The notes under the pieces: generated by a model
What the model was told of the DNA's origin: nothing
Databases searched by the model: none
What the model saw: only the letters and a program-made list of their open reading frames with translations
Assembly (NCBI GenBank): GCA_048882485.1
Contig: JBHLRP010000028.1
Location: 1 to 40,826, forward strand
Length of the DNA: 40,826 bases
Source of the DNA: Candidatus Thorarchaeota archaeon
GTDB lineage: Archaea; Asgardarchaeota; Thorarchaeia; Thorarchaeales; Thorarchaeaceae
Direction: 5' to 3'
Part shown: positions 26,449 to 36,150 of the stretch, piece after piece
How positions within the stretch are numbered: the first letter of the stretch is position 1
Layout: each line of letters starts with the position of its first letter
Translations under genes and position numbers: made by a program

Positions 26449-27851
26449 TTCTTCTTTCCACCCTTCCCTGTTCCGGTCTTTCTGATGATTACTTTCTCGG
26501 CGTAGATCTTGGCATTCTTGAAGATAATCTCAAGCCCTCCGCCAACTCCACCCACCATAGCGGTCAGTTCGCCAGGCACTGCAACGTAGTCATCCGAAAC
26601 CTCAGCCAGAGCAGTTTCCTCTTCTTCCGCAATCTCCACCCATCGCTCCACAATAGGATGACTTTTTTCCTTGAGGAAGGTCTTCAAATCCGATATGGTC
26701 ATGACTTCATTCTCTGTTGGAATCTTGTCTCTGATGTCCTCAGGCATGAACTCATAGACTCGTTGCTTGATTGAATCAGGCATCCATACTACTCTATTGT
26801 AGCCACCATCAACCTGCAAGAACCTTGGTGAACGCATATACTCTATGGACAATCCATGGAATCCTGGTACCTGTCGGCCGCCCGCAGTTGAGTCCGCCAT
26901 ACTAGAGAAAGGCAGTCCGTTCACAGTTTCTCCTTTGAAGTCTCTATGAACCACCCCTAGGCCATCCACTTCAGGAATCACGAAAGCGATTGCTTCGAAG
27001 CAGCCGCAGCTCGTGTGAGGTTTGTCAAAGGCGCTGTACAAAGCCACTGAGGTGACTTTGCCGAGTGACTTCTCTGCATAAAGCTGATTCACTCCTGTAT
27101 ATTCGCCTGTGTACTCGTCTAATGTGTCGCCTTTGGGGATTGCATAGAGTGGGCCCTTAGGATCCACCCGCGCAGCTGCTCGACCATCAAACCAGCTAAT
27201 GGCTCCGCAGTTTGCGTACCTCTGTGGAGTAATGGTGCACACATGAGTCGGAGCAAACGACTGACACAATGAACATCCGTAGAAAGTGTCAACGTCTGCG
27301 TCACTCAAGCCTCTAGCACGCGCATCCCTCTCATTGTATCTGTTTATGGCCTCATCATATCGTTCAGCAATCTTCTCAGAATCAGTGAAGAATGTCACCT
27401 GTATCTTCTCGATGATGTTCATCTCACTCTTGAAAAGCCGAATCAGGACCTTACCCAGATGTTCTAGGGCGTTGAATCCCTTCTCGAAAGACTTCTTGCT
27501 GAGCCGAATCCAGATGTCGTATCGCTGGTTTAGATGCATCATGCCTTCTACAAAGTTCACGTACTCGTGAATTCGTCGTTCAATGACGCCCTCAAGGTCA
27601 GGTTCGATCTCCTTCCCCGCAACCTCCACTAGAATGCCAAAAGGATGATAGCTCCCTTCCTCCATGTCCTTGAGATCCGGGCCGATGATTGTGACCTTCT
27701 CATCCTCAATCTCGCCCATCTCTCTTGCCAAAGCCAGCTCGAACTTCTGTTCCATCTTCGGACCGCCGAGCTCAACAAACATGTCTTTTCCTCGGACTCG
27801 TTCGCCTTCGTATACTACGCCTACATCTACTGGTATATCTTCAAATGACAT
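26445..27851 (-). CDS. cdhC: ACDS complex beta subunit (acetyl-CoA synthase)
   Basis: YEGERVR, MHLNQR, FYGCSLCQSFAPTHVC, HTSCGCFE A-cluster ligands. Confidence 0.97.
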   Translation of the reverse strand: MSFEDIPVDVGVVYEGERVRGKDMFVELGGPKMEQKFELALAREMGEIEDEKVTIIGPDLKDMEEGSYHPFGILVEVAGKEIEPDLEGVIERRIHEYVNFVEGMMHLNQRYDIWIRLSKKSFEKGFNALEHLGKVLIRLFKSEMNIIEKIQVTFFTDSEKIAERYDEAINRYNERDARARGLSDADVDTFYGCSLCQSFAPTHVCTITPQRYANCGAISWFDGRAAARVDPKGPLYAIPKGDTLDEYTGEYTGVNQLYAEKSLGKVTSVALYSAFDKPHTSCGCFEAIAFVIPEVDGLGVVHRDFKGETVNGLPFSSMADSTAGGRQVPGFHGLSIEYMRSPRFLQVDGGYNRVVWMPDSIKQRVYEFMPEDIRDKIPTENEVMTISDLKTFLKEKSHPIVERWVEIAEEEETALAEVSDDYVAVPGELTAMVGGVGGGLEIIFKNAKIYAEKVIIRKTGTGKGGKKK

Positions 27852-27852
27852 C

Positions 27853-28401
27853 TCATTTTCCTCCTCCTACGAATTCTACGATTTCATCTAACACTGTGTG
27901 CCACTGCTTCTCCTTCATATTAGGAAAGGACCAATCTGCATGCGGTTGATAGTAGCGCCCCAGGGAAATTGTAGTCAGATGGGTCCCAAAATTCATTGTC
28001 GCAGATAGCAGTGTCCATTGCATGTAGTATGGGATTCCAAAGACCATGAGGAGATCGTGGGGACCCTTGCCAGTTGGGCCAGTCCACGTCTCATCCTGAA
28101 GATAGAATGCGACTTCCATAGCACCCATAGACTTGGCACCAGTAAAGCCCTTCTCAATGAAGGCCTTGATGGCTCCACCAGTGGCAATGACAGGCATCTT
28201 GCCTGCCTCTGCCAGAGCAATTGCGTAATCTATCATGTCGCCCTTTCCATGCTTCTCGTCCACAGCATCTGATCCCACCACAAGGAGTGGCTTCTTGGTC
28301 ATCTTGAAAGACCTTTTCAGTTGATCCACTTTTGTGAGTGACTTGGCACTATCAGGTCCGCAAATCTCACCAGTCTGCCATGGTACGGGTCTCATAACCA
28401 T
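27853..28401 (-). CDS. cdhB: ACDS complex epsilon subunit
   Basis: KKPLLVVG, W.G..GKG.HDL, YYQPHADWSFPN; lies between cdhA and cdhC. Confidence 0.93.
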   Translation of the reverse strand: MVMRPVPWQTGEICGPDSAKSLTKVDQLKRSFKMTKKPLLVVGSDAVDEKHGKGDMIDYAIALAEAGKMPVIATGGAIKAFIEKGFTGAKSMGAMEVAFYLQDETWTGPTGKGPHDLLMVFGIPYYMQWTLLSATMNFGTHLTTISLGRYYQPHADWSFPNMKEKQWHTVLDEIVEFVGGGK

Positions 28402-30743
28402 CAGGTACCACCCCCGATCACTTGCTCCTTCAAGAGCGTTGGGTCAGGAATCTTCCTTTCCTTCCATTTGTTCTCCTTCATCTGAGCCAGAATCTTATCC
28501 TTCAGAGTAATCGGAATGTCCGAATCGCGTCTGATGTATGTCCAGACATCATCTGGGAAGTACCCATATGCATTCTCATGGATGTCGATGTAATGGCTCA
28601 GTTTGATTGATCGTCCCTTGCTTGTATCGTTGGGTCGCAGGCAGAGTTTCGCAGTGAGAACGTTGGCCTCGTCCACGGTTTCAGCAGAATAGAAGAGATG
28701 CTCAGGACCAGGCGCTGTTTGGACTCGGTCACCTGTACGGGCGTCCCAAACGACCCAGTCACGATCCCTATCGGCTCTACCCAGCAACATCCTTCGATAC
28801 TTGGATCCATGAGGCCCAACAATCACAGGAACACCCAGTCTCCAGAATCCTGAAGCGATGGCTGCAGCCTTCTGTGACATTGCACCCCAAGAAATACCAA
28901 CTGCGCCGACACGGTTGTGAATGTAGTCTGCAATCTCTGCATAGTTGCCCCTCAGGTTCCTTTTGGCAAAGATAGCTGCTATCTTGATCGCCGCTCCAGC
29001 AATGTGGGAGTTTGCGACGCAAGAACCTACATTGACAACTCCACCGGCATCAAACTCACCATGACGTCTCTCGTAGATGGATTGCCCATTCTCATCCTTG
29101 ACCTGACCAGCTGACATTGCTGCACATCCTGAGGTGACAATGATGTATCTGCGCTTGGCGAACTCCTCCGCCATGTCATGAACATCTTGACCTCCACTGG
29201 GATAGTTGGCACAACCGACATGGGCAATGACACCGGGAATCTCGCCGAAGACAATAGGCTGTCCTACACGGCGAATCTCAGTATCTTGGATTGCTCCTCT
29301 GCCAGTTCGAACTACACTAGTTTCATTCTTGCAGTCTTCATCGGCGGCAGCGACCATCCAGCTATGAAGATCATATTCGTTTGGACAAGCTGATTCACAA
29401 CGAGCGCATCCAATGCAGTTGTGGTATACATCACGTAGTGGTTGCATGTTGCCTGTTTGGGCTGCCAAGACAGCCTCCATTACATTCTGATCATTTGGAC
29501 ATGCTCTAATGCATTCACTACATTTCGTGCAGTCCTCGGCCATCTTCTGGATCTGTTTTGCAGTGGGGAAGAACTTCATCTTCCTTCTCTTCGGCTTCAG
29601 AGCGATTGCCACCTTTGTGGCTATCTCTCCAACCTTTGTGTGATCCTCAATGTGTGCACCTGGTATCTTGCCTGACACCAGTTCTTCAACGATCGAATCA
29701 ACTGGGTCATCAGACCTGTCAGGAAGCCCCATCACAGCCTTATCGCTGGTTGAGATTACAGGTGCCTTTACCTTCTTTGCTTCGTCCACAACATTGGTCC
29801 TGACGCACTGCTCGTCTACAACTACAACATCAGCTCGGCCACTCCTAATGAACCGAAGCTGCCAAGAGATAGGTCCTATCACCTTAGCCTTCTGATCTCG
29901 TCTCGTAATGTCCCATGCAGTGCAACAGATTCCGCCCACTTCCACTTGGTCACCAATTCGCTTCTCGGTGATGTAATCAGTGACTGCAGCTGCAGGCACA
30001 ATATTGTGTCCTATTGTCAAAATGATAGCCTTGTTCATGTCCATCTGTCCGATTCCAGCTTCAACCAATGGTGCATCAGGATCAGCCTGAGGCATACCAA
30101 GTGTTGAAACCTGAGCTAGGTCGGCTATCTCAAGGGCTACGTGGTCAATCATGCCAACATGAAAGACCTTGCTCTCAAAGTCCATCCAGCTACCTTCTTG
30201 GCCAGTTGCGGTGGCTGAGAGAGTGTGAGCCATTTGGGACTCGCAGTAATCAAGAATCAAGCTCGCGTCCTCTAAGGTTCTTGGACGCATTCCCGTTACA
30301 AGACGAGAAACTGGAGCATGTATCTCGGTTCCTGGTCCCTGTATAAGATTGGTTCGCGGACCAAACTCATCAATTAGGTGGTCTATCAGATGTCTTGAGT
30401 GAGCAAGATGAGCTGCTGTGCCTATATTTGCTGCAGTAAGCACAATCCTGCCCTGCTGGTCCTTGATGCCCAACCCGCATGCACCTCGCTTGTCGCCTGA
30501 CAGGTCACACTTGCCCATTGTGCATAGGCAGCATACCTGACAGTATGGCATGTATGAGGGTTGATACTTTGTCAGAAGTTTATGGTCCCAAGAGCGGAGA
30601 GTCGTTGGACCAGGCATTGGGGTTGGACCCATCGGCTCGTCCCACTCATCATCCACAATCTGACCAATTCTGACCTCAAGGCCTTTGAAGACGCCGAGAC
30701 CGGTTGTAGCTTCATCAGCTTTGAAGTGTGCTTTCTTCTTCAT
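28401..30743 (-). CDS. cdhA: ACDS complex alpha subunit (Ni-CO dehydrogenase)
   Basis: PMGPTPMP, CQVCCLCTMGKC, IGHN, GICCTA, DEQC, two ferredoxin motifs, GCANY, GSCVAN, GAMSQKA. Confidence 0.97.
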   Translation of the reverse strand: MKKKAHFKADEATTGLGVFKGLEVRIGQIVDDEWDEPMGPTPMPGPTTLRSWDHKLLTKYQPSYMPYCQVCCLCTMGKCDLSGDKRGACGLGIKDQQGRIVLTAANIGTAAHLAHSRHLIDHLIDEFGPRTNLIQGPGTEIHAPVSRLVTGMRPRTLEDASLILDYCESQMAHTLSATATGQEGSWMDFESKVFHVGMIDHVALEIADLAQVSTLGMPQADPDAPLVEAGIGQMDMNKAIILTIGHNIVPAAAVTDYITEKRIGDQVEVGGICCTAWDITRRDQKAKVIGPISWQLRFIRSGRADVVVVDEQCVRTNVVDEAKKVKAPVISTSDKAVMGLPDRSDDPVDSIVEELVSGKIPGAHIEDHTKVGEIATKVAIALKPKRRKMKFFPTAKQIQKMAEDCTKCSECIRACPNDQNVMEAVLAAQTGNMQPLRDVYHNCIGCARCESACPNEYDLHSWMVAAADEDCKNETSVVRTGRGAIQDTEIRRVGQPIVFGEIPGVIAHVGCANYPSGGQDVHDMAEEFAKRRYIIVTSGCAAMSAGQVKDENGQSIYERRHGEFDAGGVVNVGSCVANSHIAGAAIKIAAIFAKRNLRGNYAEIADYIHNRVGAVGISWGAMSQKAAAIASGFWRLGVPVIVGPHGSKYRRMLLGRADRDRDWVVWDARTGDRVQTAPGPEHLFYSAETVDEANVLTAKLCLRPNDTSKGRSIKLSHYIDIHENAYGYFPDDVWTYIRRDSDIPITLKDKILAQMKENKWKERKIPDPTLLKEQVIGGGT

Positions 30744-30929
30744 GGTTCATACAAACCCTGTGGCTAATATGCTGCCCTGCAAGAAAGGAGCATAATAAGC
30801 TTATGAATAGGCAACGGATTTTGCCATTCGGTATCGGAATCAATCGTTAACCATACACGCGCTGATTGTTTCAGTAGATTGTATGACGTTGGTTTGAACA
30901 TTCAGAGTGTAACCTAATTGAACGTGTGT

Positions 30930-31727
30930 TCAATCTCGAAACTCTTCTACCAGACGCGATTTTATGGCTCTGATTGCGTTCATTCCTGGAGAATTTTGAT
31001 CCAAGTCAATGGGAGCCATCCCCTTTCGATCAGCGGCTTTGATTGATTCATCTAATGGAACTATCCCAAGTAGAGGTATGCCTTCAGCTTCAACTCTTTC
31101 TCTAATCATTGCCTCATCCTCGGGGCCAGCGACTTTGTTGCCTACTGCCAAAATGCGTCCAACATTTATGTCTAATGCGAGTTGCTTAATCTTGGATAGA
31201 ATGTTCAGAGACCTCCGGCCAGGTTCTGCAACCACGATAAGAGCATCCATGCCGGTTGTAGTACCTCTACCTAAGTTCTCCACACCTGCATCCATGTCCA
31301 TCACAAAGGCCTCATCCGAGCCCAAAACCAGAAAGCGCATCAATGCCTTGAGCAACGTTGCTGACGGGCACATGCATCCGGATCCTCCCATTTCAACAGT
31401 TCCAGCGACCAGCAAGCTGACATTGTCGGGACCTTCCACTGCAAAAAGCTCACTCAGGTCATCCACCTGCGGATTCAATTTGAAGACCTCTTTATATGAA
31501 CCTGCACCAGAAATCTCCATTCGCTCCTTCAATAGCTCCTCATTCTCTGTCAAAGGAACTATCTTTTGGGCTTCTTCGGCTGGAATGCCAATCGCAGACC
31601 ATAGAGTATAGCTTGGATCCGCATCCACTGCAAGAATGCTCAGGCCATCTTGTCCCAAGAGTCTAGCAATGGTACCAGCTACTGTTGTCTTCCCGACTCC
31701 TCCCTTTCCTGCCACAGCTATTTTCAT
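30930..31727 (-). CDS. cooC: CO dehydrogenase maturation ATPase, second copy
   Basis: MKIAVAGKGGVGKT, DADP, GGSGCMCP, DMDAGVENLGRG. Confidence 0.92.
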   Translation of the reverse strand: MKIAVAGKGGVGKTTVAGTIARLLGQDGLSILAVDADPSYTLWSAIGIPAEEAQKIVPLTENEELLKERMEISGAGSYKEVFKLNPQVDDLSELFAVEGPDNVSLLVAGTVEMGGSGCMCPSATLLKALMRFLVLGSDEAFVMDMDAGVENLGRGTTTGMDALIVVAEPGRRSLNILSKIKQLALDINVGRILAVGNKVAGPEDEAMIRERVEAEGIPLLGIVPLDESIKAADRKGMAPIDLDQNSPGMNAIRAIKSRLVEEFRD

Positions 31728-31730
31728 TGT

Positions 31731-32966
31731 CTAGTCCTTCCCTGTTGCCATTAAATCATGCAGTCTAGTTAGCACATCTGATTCGTCAACGGCTTCCTTT
31801 GGCCGTCCAATCCATTGCTTGAATGATACTTCCACGTAGTCCAATCTTTGCATTCCACCAGAACCAAGAAGCATGCAATCAGTCGTATGGATAGAAACCG
31901 ATGCTTTGCCATCTGTTATTCTACCGGGTGGGCCAACATAGATTATTGGTATGCGTGCGAGTGCTTTAGCTGCAGGACCTGGAAGGCTAACTAACAGGTC
32001 ATCACCCACCACAAGTGCCGCATCGAATTCGCCACCGACCAATTTGGAAAGTGTATTGTCAGCATCCGAATCAACGTTTTTCCGAGCGACTCCCATGATA
32101 TTCGGTTCTGTTGCCATAGGCAAGGCGAATGCCTGTTTACCAGTCCCCCTTACCGCTTCAACGAGCATCTGAAGTCCGGTAAGATTCTCCTCTGCTGCTC
32201 CTGAATTAATCAGCCCACTCCCGTAGAATATCACTGTACAATCTGACTTCTTTATATTGCGAACAAGTCCCAAAATCTCCTGAGCAGAAATCCCAACTAC
32301 ATCTCCTGTGATAGGTCGTTTCCCTGCAATATCAGATGACAACGCATCAAGCAGTTCTGCGTCAGTTCCAGGCGGGATGATAAGCCGGTGATTAGCCATT
32401 TTCATAGTTTCAGTATTTCGCACATCCACGACGCCAATTGTCCTGCTCTCAATCCCTTCCGGAATATTCTCACCGCGAGGCAAAACTGCAAATTTGCTTG
32501 GATGTCGATGACTGCTCTCTGTTGGATCAGATCCCCAATATAGAATGAGTTCGCCATTGTTTCTTGCATAGTCTAGATCGATTTCAAGTTGCATAGAATG
32601 AAGTTCATGACTCAATGCCTTAGTCATTCCAAGACTGGCAAGTGTGTCAAAGGTAGCACCTATCGAGCTCGCTAACTCAAAGCCTTTTGTAATCGCTTCG
32701 TCTGCTGAATGAGACCATCCAAAAAGCAGAGGGCTCTTTGCAGCATGTAGAATCTCTACTGCCTTCTTTAGAGCCGCATCGAAAGAAACCGTCTTTTCTG
32801 TTCCATTATAACGTATGATGGATTTCGCGTCGAAATGCTCAATTGTGGACACCAGATGCTGATGACCAAGCCTGCAAAGTCCTAGAGAGTTGATTTCGCC
32901 GCCTTTCACTTCTGCGGAAACATCATCACAGAGCAATGAGCATCCACTGCAGACAATATCTTCCAT
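31731..32966 (-). CDS. fwdB: Formylmethanofuran dehydrogenase subunit B homolog, apparently lacking the Mo/W-ligand Cys
   Basis: CSGCSLLCDD...C FeS motif, KSPLLFGWS, YWGSDP..SHRH, VVDVRNTET, MQRLD. The SVCHGP motif is replaced by LASLGM. ATG at 32966. Confidence 0.82.
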   Translation of the reverse strand: MEDIVCSGCSLLCDDVSAEVKGGEINSLGLCRLGHQHLVSTIEHFDAKSIIRYNGTEKTVSFDAALKKAVEILHAAKSPLLFGWSHSADEAITKGFELASSIGATFDTLASLGMTKALSHELHSMQLEIDLDYARNNGELILYWGSDPTESSHRHPSKFAVLPRGENIPEGIESRTIGVVDVRNTETMKMANHRLIIPPGTDAELLDALSSDIAGKRPITGDVVGISAQEILGLVRNIKKSDCTVIFYGSGLINSGAAEENLTGLQMLVEAVRGTGKQAFALPMATEPNIMGVARKNVDSDADNTLSKLVGGEFDAALVVGDDLLVSLPGPAAKALARIPIIYVGPPGRITDGKASVSIHTTDCMLLGSGGMQRLDYVEVSFKQWIGRPKEAVDESDVLTRLHDLMATGKD

Positions 32967-32974
32967 ACTATCAC

Positions 32975-33433
32975 CTACCAAATCTCTATGGCATCTGTAC
33001 AGCAGTACTGCTCACAGACCCTGCAATTGAGACGATCAGGGGGAAATCGTCTGCACTTCTCTAGATTGATTATCTTTGAGATTCCATTCTCAACAATGAA
33101 TACGGTGTCACGGCTTTTCCCTGCTTTTCCATGACTTGTTTCAGGCTCAACCGCAACATCAACGGGGCAGACCACAACGCAGTTGCCACAACCGGTGCAT
33201 TTTGTTTCATCGAGTTTTATTCCCGTCTCCTCAGCAGACTGCATTGGCGCAACAAGGTTTCTTAGCTTCTCAAGGTTCTTCTCAAATCCCTCCTCTAGAA
33301 GGGGAGGGCAGTCATCCGGAAGGATGTCTCCTAGCGCCATCTTTGTGGCAAAAGCCATACAGGTCTTGGGTTCACATAGACGGCAGTTCGTCTTAGGTAA
33401 TAGATTGTAAAGCTCCATGGGATTCAGTTTCAA
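32975..33433 (-). CDS. FeS-domain plus 2[4Fe-4S] ferredoxin (FwdG-like)
   Basis: LYNLLPKTNCRLCEPKTCMAFA...CP domain followed by CTGCGNCVVVCP and C...CRVCEQYC; TTG at 33433 after GGGAG (alternative ATG at 33418). Confidence 0.8.
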   Translation of the reverse strand: MKLNPMELYNLLPKTNCRLCEPKTCMAFATKMALGDILPDDCPPLLEEGFEKNLEKLRNLVAPMQSAEETGIKLDETKCTGCGNCVVVCPVDVAVEPETSHGKAGKSRDTVFIVENGISKIINLEKCRRFPPDRLNCRVCEQYCCTDAIEIW

Positions 33434-33710
33434 GTCTACGGGTCTCCCTTGACTGGTGCATAAACACCAACCATTGCCTGTTGGAACCCAGATTTCTCCC
33501 AAAAAGAATGATGCGGTATGGCACAGAGCTTATTGAGATGACCATTTCCCAAGATATCAGAGTCTTCTTATCATGGAATGTTTGCTCTGAATCCTAAATG
33601 CTCACACTTATACTGGATAGTAAGAAGCTCATCAAGTTGAAAGACGAAAGTAACACAAACAATCAGATAACACTCAGCCGTAGTGTCTTTGACATACCTA
33701 GGTGGACATT

Positions 33711-36146
33711 GTGAGTCGCAAAAAGAAAGCCAAAAAGAAGAAGGAGGAGAAGACTGACAAGACTGCAGTCTATCTCTGCCGATGCGGCTCAAATATAGCA
33801 GCCACAATTGATATCGACTCATTGAAACACAGGTATGAATCCAAGGGCATTACGCTTGTCGAAGTCAACGACCATTTCTGTTCAGAACAAGGTGTTGTCG
33901 ACCTGATTCAGTCCATCAAAAAAAGCAAGGTGGACAGAGCTGTCATAGCCGCATGTTCACCTTTACTCCATAGGGAATTATTCTCTGATGCAGTAAAAGA
34001 GGCAGGACTTAATCCAGGACACCTCCATATGGCAAACATCAGAGAACAATGCAGTTGGGTTCATTATGACGATTTGGAAGTAGCCACTGCCAAGGCTGCA
34101 GCGATTATTGACACCGGACTTGCCAAAGTGCGCGACTCATATCCGATTACCACACATGATGTCCCTATCACTCAGAAGGCACTTGTTATTGGTGGCGGTG
34201 TGGCGGGTTTAACAACTGCACTGGAACTCGCTGATTCCGGCATAAGCACGGTCGTGGTAGAGAGAGAGGGATTTCTTGGAGGCCATATGGCAAAGTGGGA
34301 CAAGTTGTTCCCAACCTTCGACTGTGGAATCTGTATTCTTGGACCCATGATGGCACGAGTTGCAAGACACGAGAATATCCAGATTTCGACCCTAACTGAC
34401 ATCATAGATGTGAGAGGGGCAGTAGGTCACTATAAAGTGACTCTGAGAAAGCGGGCCAGATATGTTGACATCGAGTCTTGCACTGGCTGTAACAAGTGTA
34501 TCGAGGTTTGTCCGGTAGAAATTGCAGACGAGTACAACTACGGCCTCGGCAAGAGGAAGGCTATGGTGCGGCCTTTGATTGACTCTGTCCCCCTTGCACC
34601 TTTCATTGACACTCAGAACTGTATCGGATGTCAGTCTTGTGCAGGAGTCTGCGAGCCAAAATCGCTTAGATATGATGAAGAAGAGTCCACTGAAACTGTC
34701 ACTGTGGGAGCCATTGTTGCAGCAACAGGTTTCATGCCTTTCGACCCCCGAATTGTGGGGGAGTTTGGATATGGAGAGAATCCCGATGTCATAACATCGC
34801 TCGAACTCGAGAGGCTGTTGAATCCAGGCGGACCAAGCGGGGGCAAGCTCATCAGACCATCAAACGGTAAGGCTCCCGAGAGGGTGGTATTCATCCCATG
34901 TGTAGGTAGTCGTTCCGAACGCTTTGGGCGACCATACTGTAGCAGAGCCTGCTGTACTGCCTCTGTGAAAGAGGTGGTCCAGATCAAACAGCAGATTCCT
35001 GATGCAGAGGCCTATGTATTCCACTCTGACATGAGAACATTTGGGAAAGGTCATGAAGAGCTGCAGGTCCGTGCAGCGAAGGAATACAAGGTCAATTTCA
35101 TTCGAGGTGCAGTGGGCGAGGTAGTTCTAGACCCAGTTACGGGGCAAACAAGTATTCGCGCAGAAGACATTACACTTAGACGACACCTCGAGATGGATGT
35201 AGATCTGGTTGTTCTTATGGTTGGAATGGACGCTGAACCAAGCAACATCGCGCTTTCAAGACTGCTCAAAGTCCCGCTGGATGAGAACGGCTTCTTCCTT
35301 GAACAACATCCCAAGCTAGGACCTAGTACCACCGCAACAAAGGGCGTCTTTCTCTCAGGAGTGGCTCAAGGGCCAAAAGACATCTCAGACACTGTAGCTC
35401 ATGCAGGACTCGCAGCATCAAAGGTCAAGACACTGCTCACTAGTGGAAGGGTGATTACAGAGGCATGTGTTCCATCATTTGACCCATCATTGTGCATCAG
35501 CTGCCGTCTTTGTGAACAGACCTGTACGCCCGATGCAATCTCGTTCAATGATGAAAAACATCCAATCATCAATATGGCTGCCTGTAGAGGGTGTGGCTCG
35601 TGCGCGGCTGCGTGTCCATCAGGGGCTCTTGATCTTCCTTGCCTCACAAATGAACAGTTATTGAGCGCAACAAAGGCGGCTATAGAAAACAATCCTCTGA
35701 AACCGGCTATTGTCGGTTATCTTTGTAGATGGTGTGCCTATGGAGCTGCGGATAGAGCAGGAACTGCAAGAATCACTTACCCGCCAAACATGATTCCGAT
35801 ACAGGTGCCATGTACGGGACGCCTGAATGTAGAAACTGTGATGACTGCATTTGCGGAGGGTGCTGATGGAGTGGCAGTCATGGGATGCCACATTCAAGAT
35901 TGCCACTATCGATCAGGGGCCAGATATGCTCAAGACAGAATGGGGAAAGTGAGAGAGCTACTCAGAGCTGCAGGAATCGATGGAAGTCGCCTATACTTTG
36001 GCAGTGCCTCAGCCTCTGAGGCGGATAGCTTCGCAGAACAAGTGACGAGATTCGTAAACAGAATCACACGGCTCGGACCATTGGGTAGAGAGATTGTGGA
36101 AAAGCCCTCCGTCAAACCACCTCTTAAGGAAGCTGTTGGAGGCTAG
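33711..36146 (+). CDS. hdrA: Heterodisulfide reductase subunit A fused to an MvhD domain
   Basis: VYLCRCG.NI, NIREQCSWVH, IGGGVAG, FPT.DC.IC, CVGSR...YCSRACC, GPKDI, ferredoxin motifs; C-terminal CRWCAYGAAD...PCTGR...GADGV...GCHIQDCHY (MvhD). Start GTG at 33711 or 33702. Confidence 0.95.
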   Translation: MSRKKKAKKKKEEKTDKTAVYLCRCGSNIAATIDIDSLKHRYESKGITLVEVNDHFCSEQGVVDLIQSIKKSKVDRAVIAACSPLLHRELFSDAVKEAGLNPGHLHMANIREQCSWVHYDDLEVATAKAAAIIDTGLAKVRDSYPITTHDVPITQKALVIGGGVAGLTTALELADSGISTVVVEREGFLGGHMAKWDKLFPTFDCGICILGPMMARVARHENIQISTLTDIIDVRGAVGHYKVTLRKRARYVDIESCTGCNKCIEVCPVEIADEYNYGLGKRKAMVRPLIDSVPLAPFIDTQNCIGCQSCAGVCEPKSLRYDEEESTETVTVGAIVAATGFMPFDPRIVGEFGYGENPDVITSLELERLLNPGGPSGGKLIRPSNGKAPERVVFIPCVGSRSERFGRPYCSRACCTASVKEVVQIKQQIPDAEAYVFHSDMRTFGKGHEELQVRAAKEYKVNFIRGAVGEVVLDPVTGQTSIRAEDITLRRHLEMDVDLVVLMVGMDAEPSNIALSRLLKVPLDENGFFLEQHPKLGPSTTATKGVFLSGVAQGPKDISDTVAHAGLAASKVKTLLTSGRVITEACVPSFDPSLCISCRLCEQTCTPDAISFNDEKHPIINMAACRGCGSCAAACPSGALDLPCLTNEQLLSATKAAIENNPLKPAIVGYLCRWCAYGAADRAGTARITYPPNMIPIQVPCTGRLNVETVMTAFAEGADGVAVMGCHIQDCHYRSGARYAQDRMGKVRELLRAAGIDGSRLYFGSASASEADSFAEQVTRFVNRITRLGPLGREIVEKPSVKPPLKEAVGG

Positions 36147-36150
36147 CAAC

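Noticed and set aside
33711-36146. Selenocysteine recoding in HdrA/MvhD (and FwdB)
   Set aside because: The frames have no internal TGA; the relevant HdrA/MvhD positions are Cys and no SECIS was recognised.
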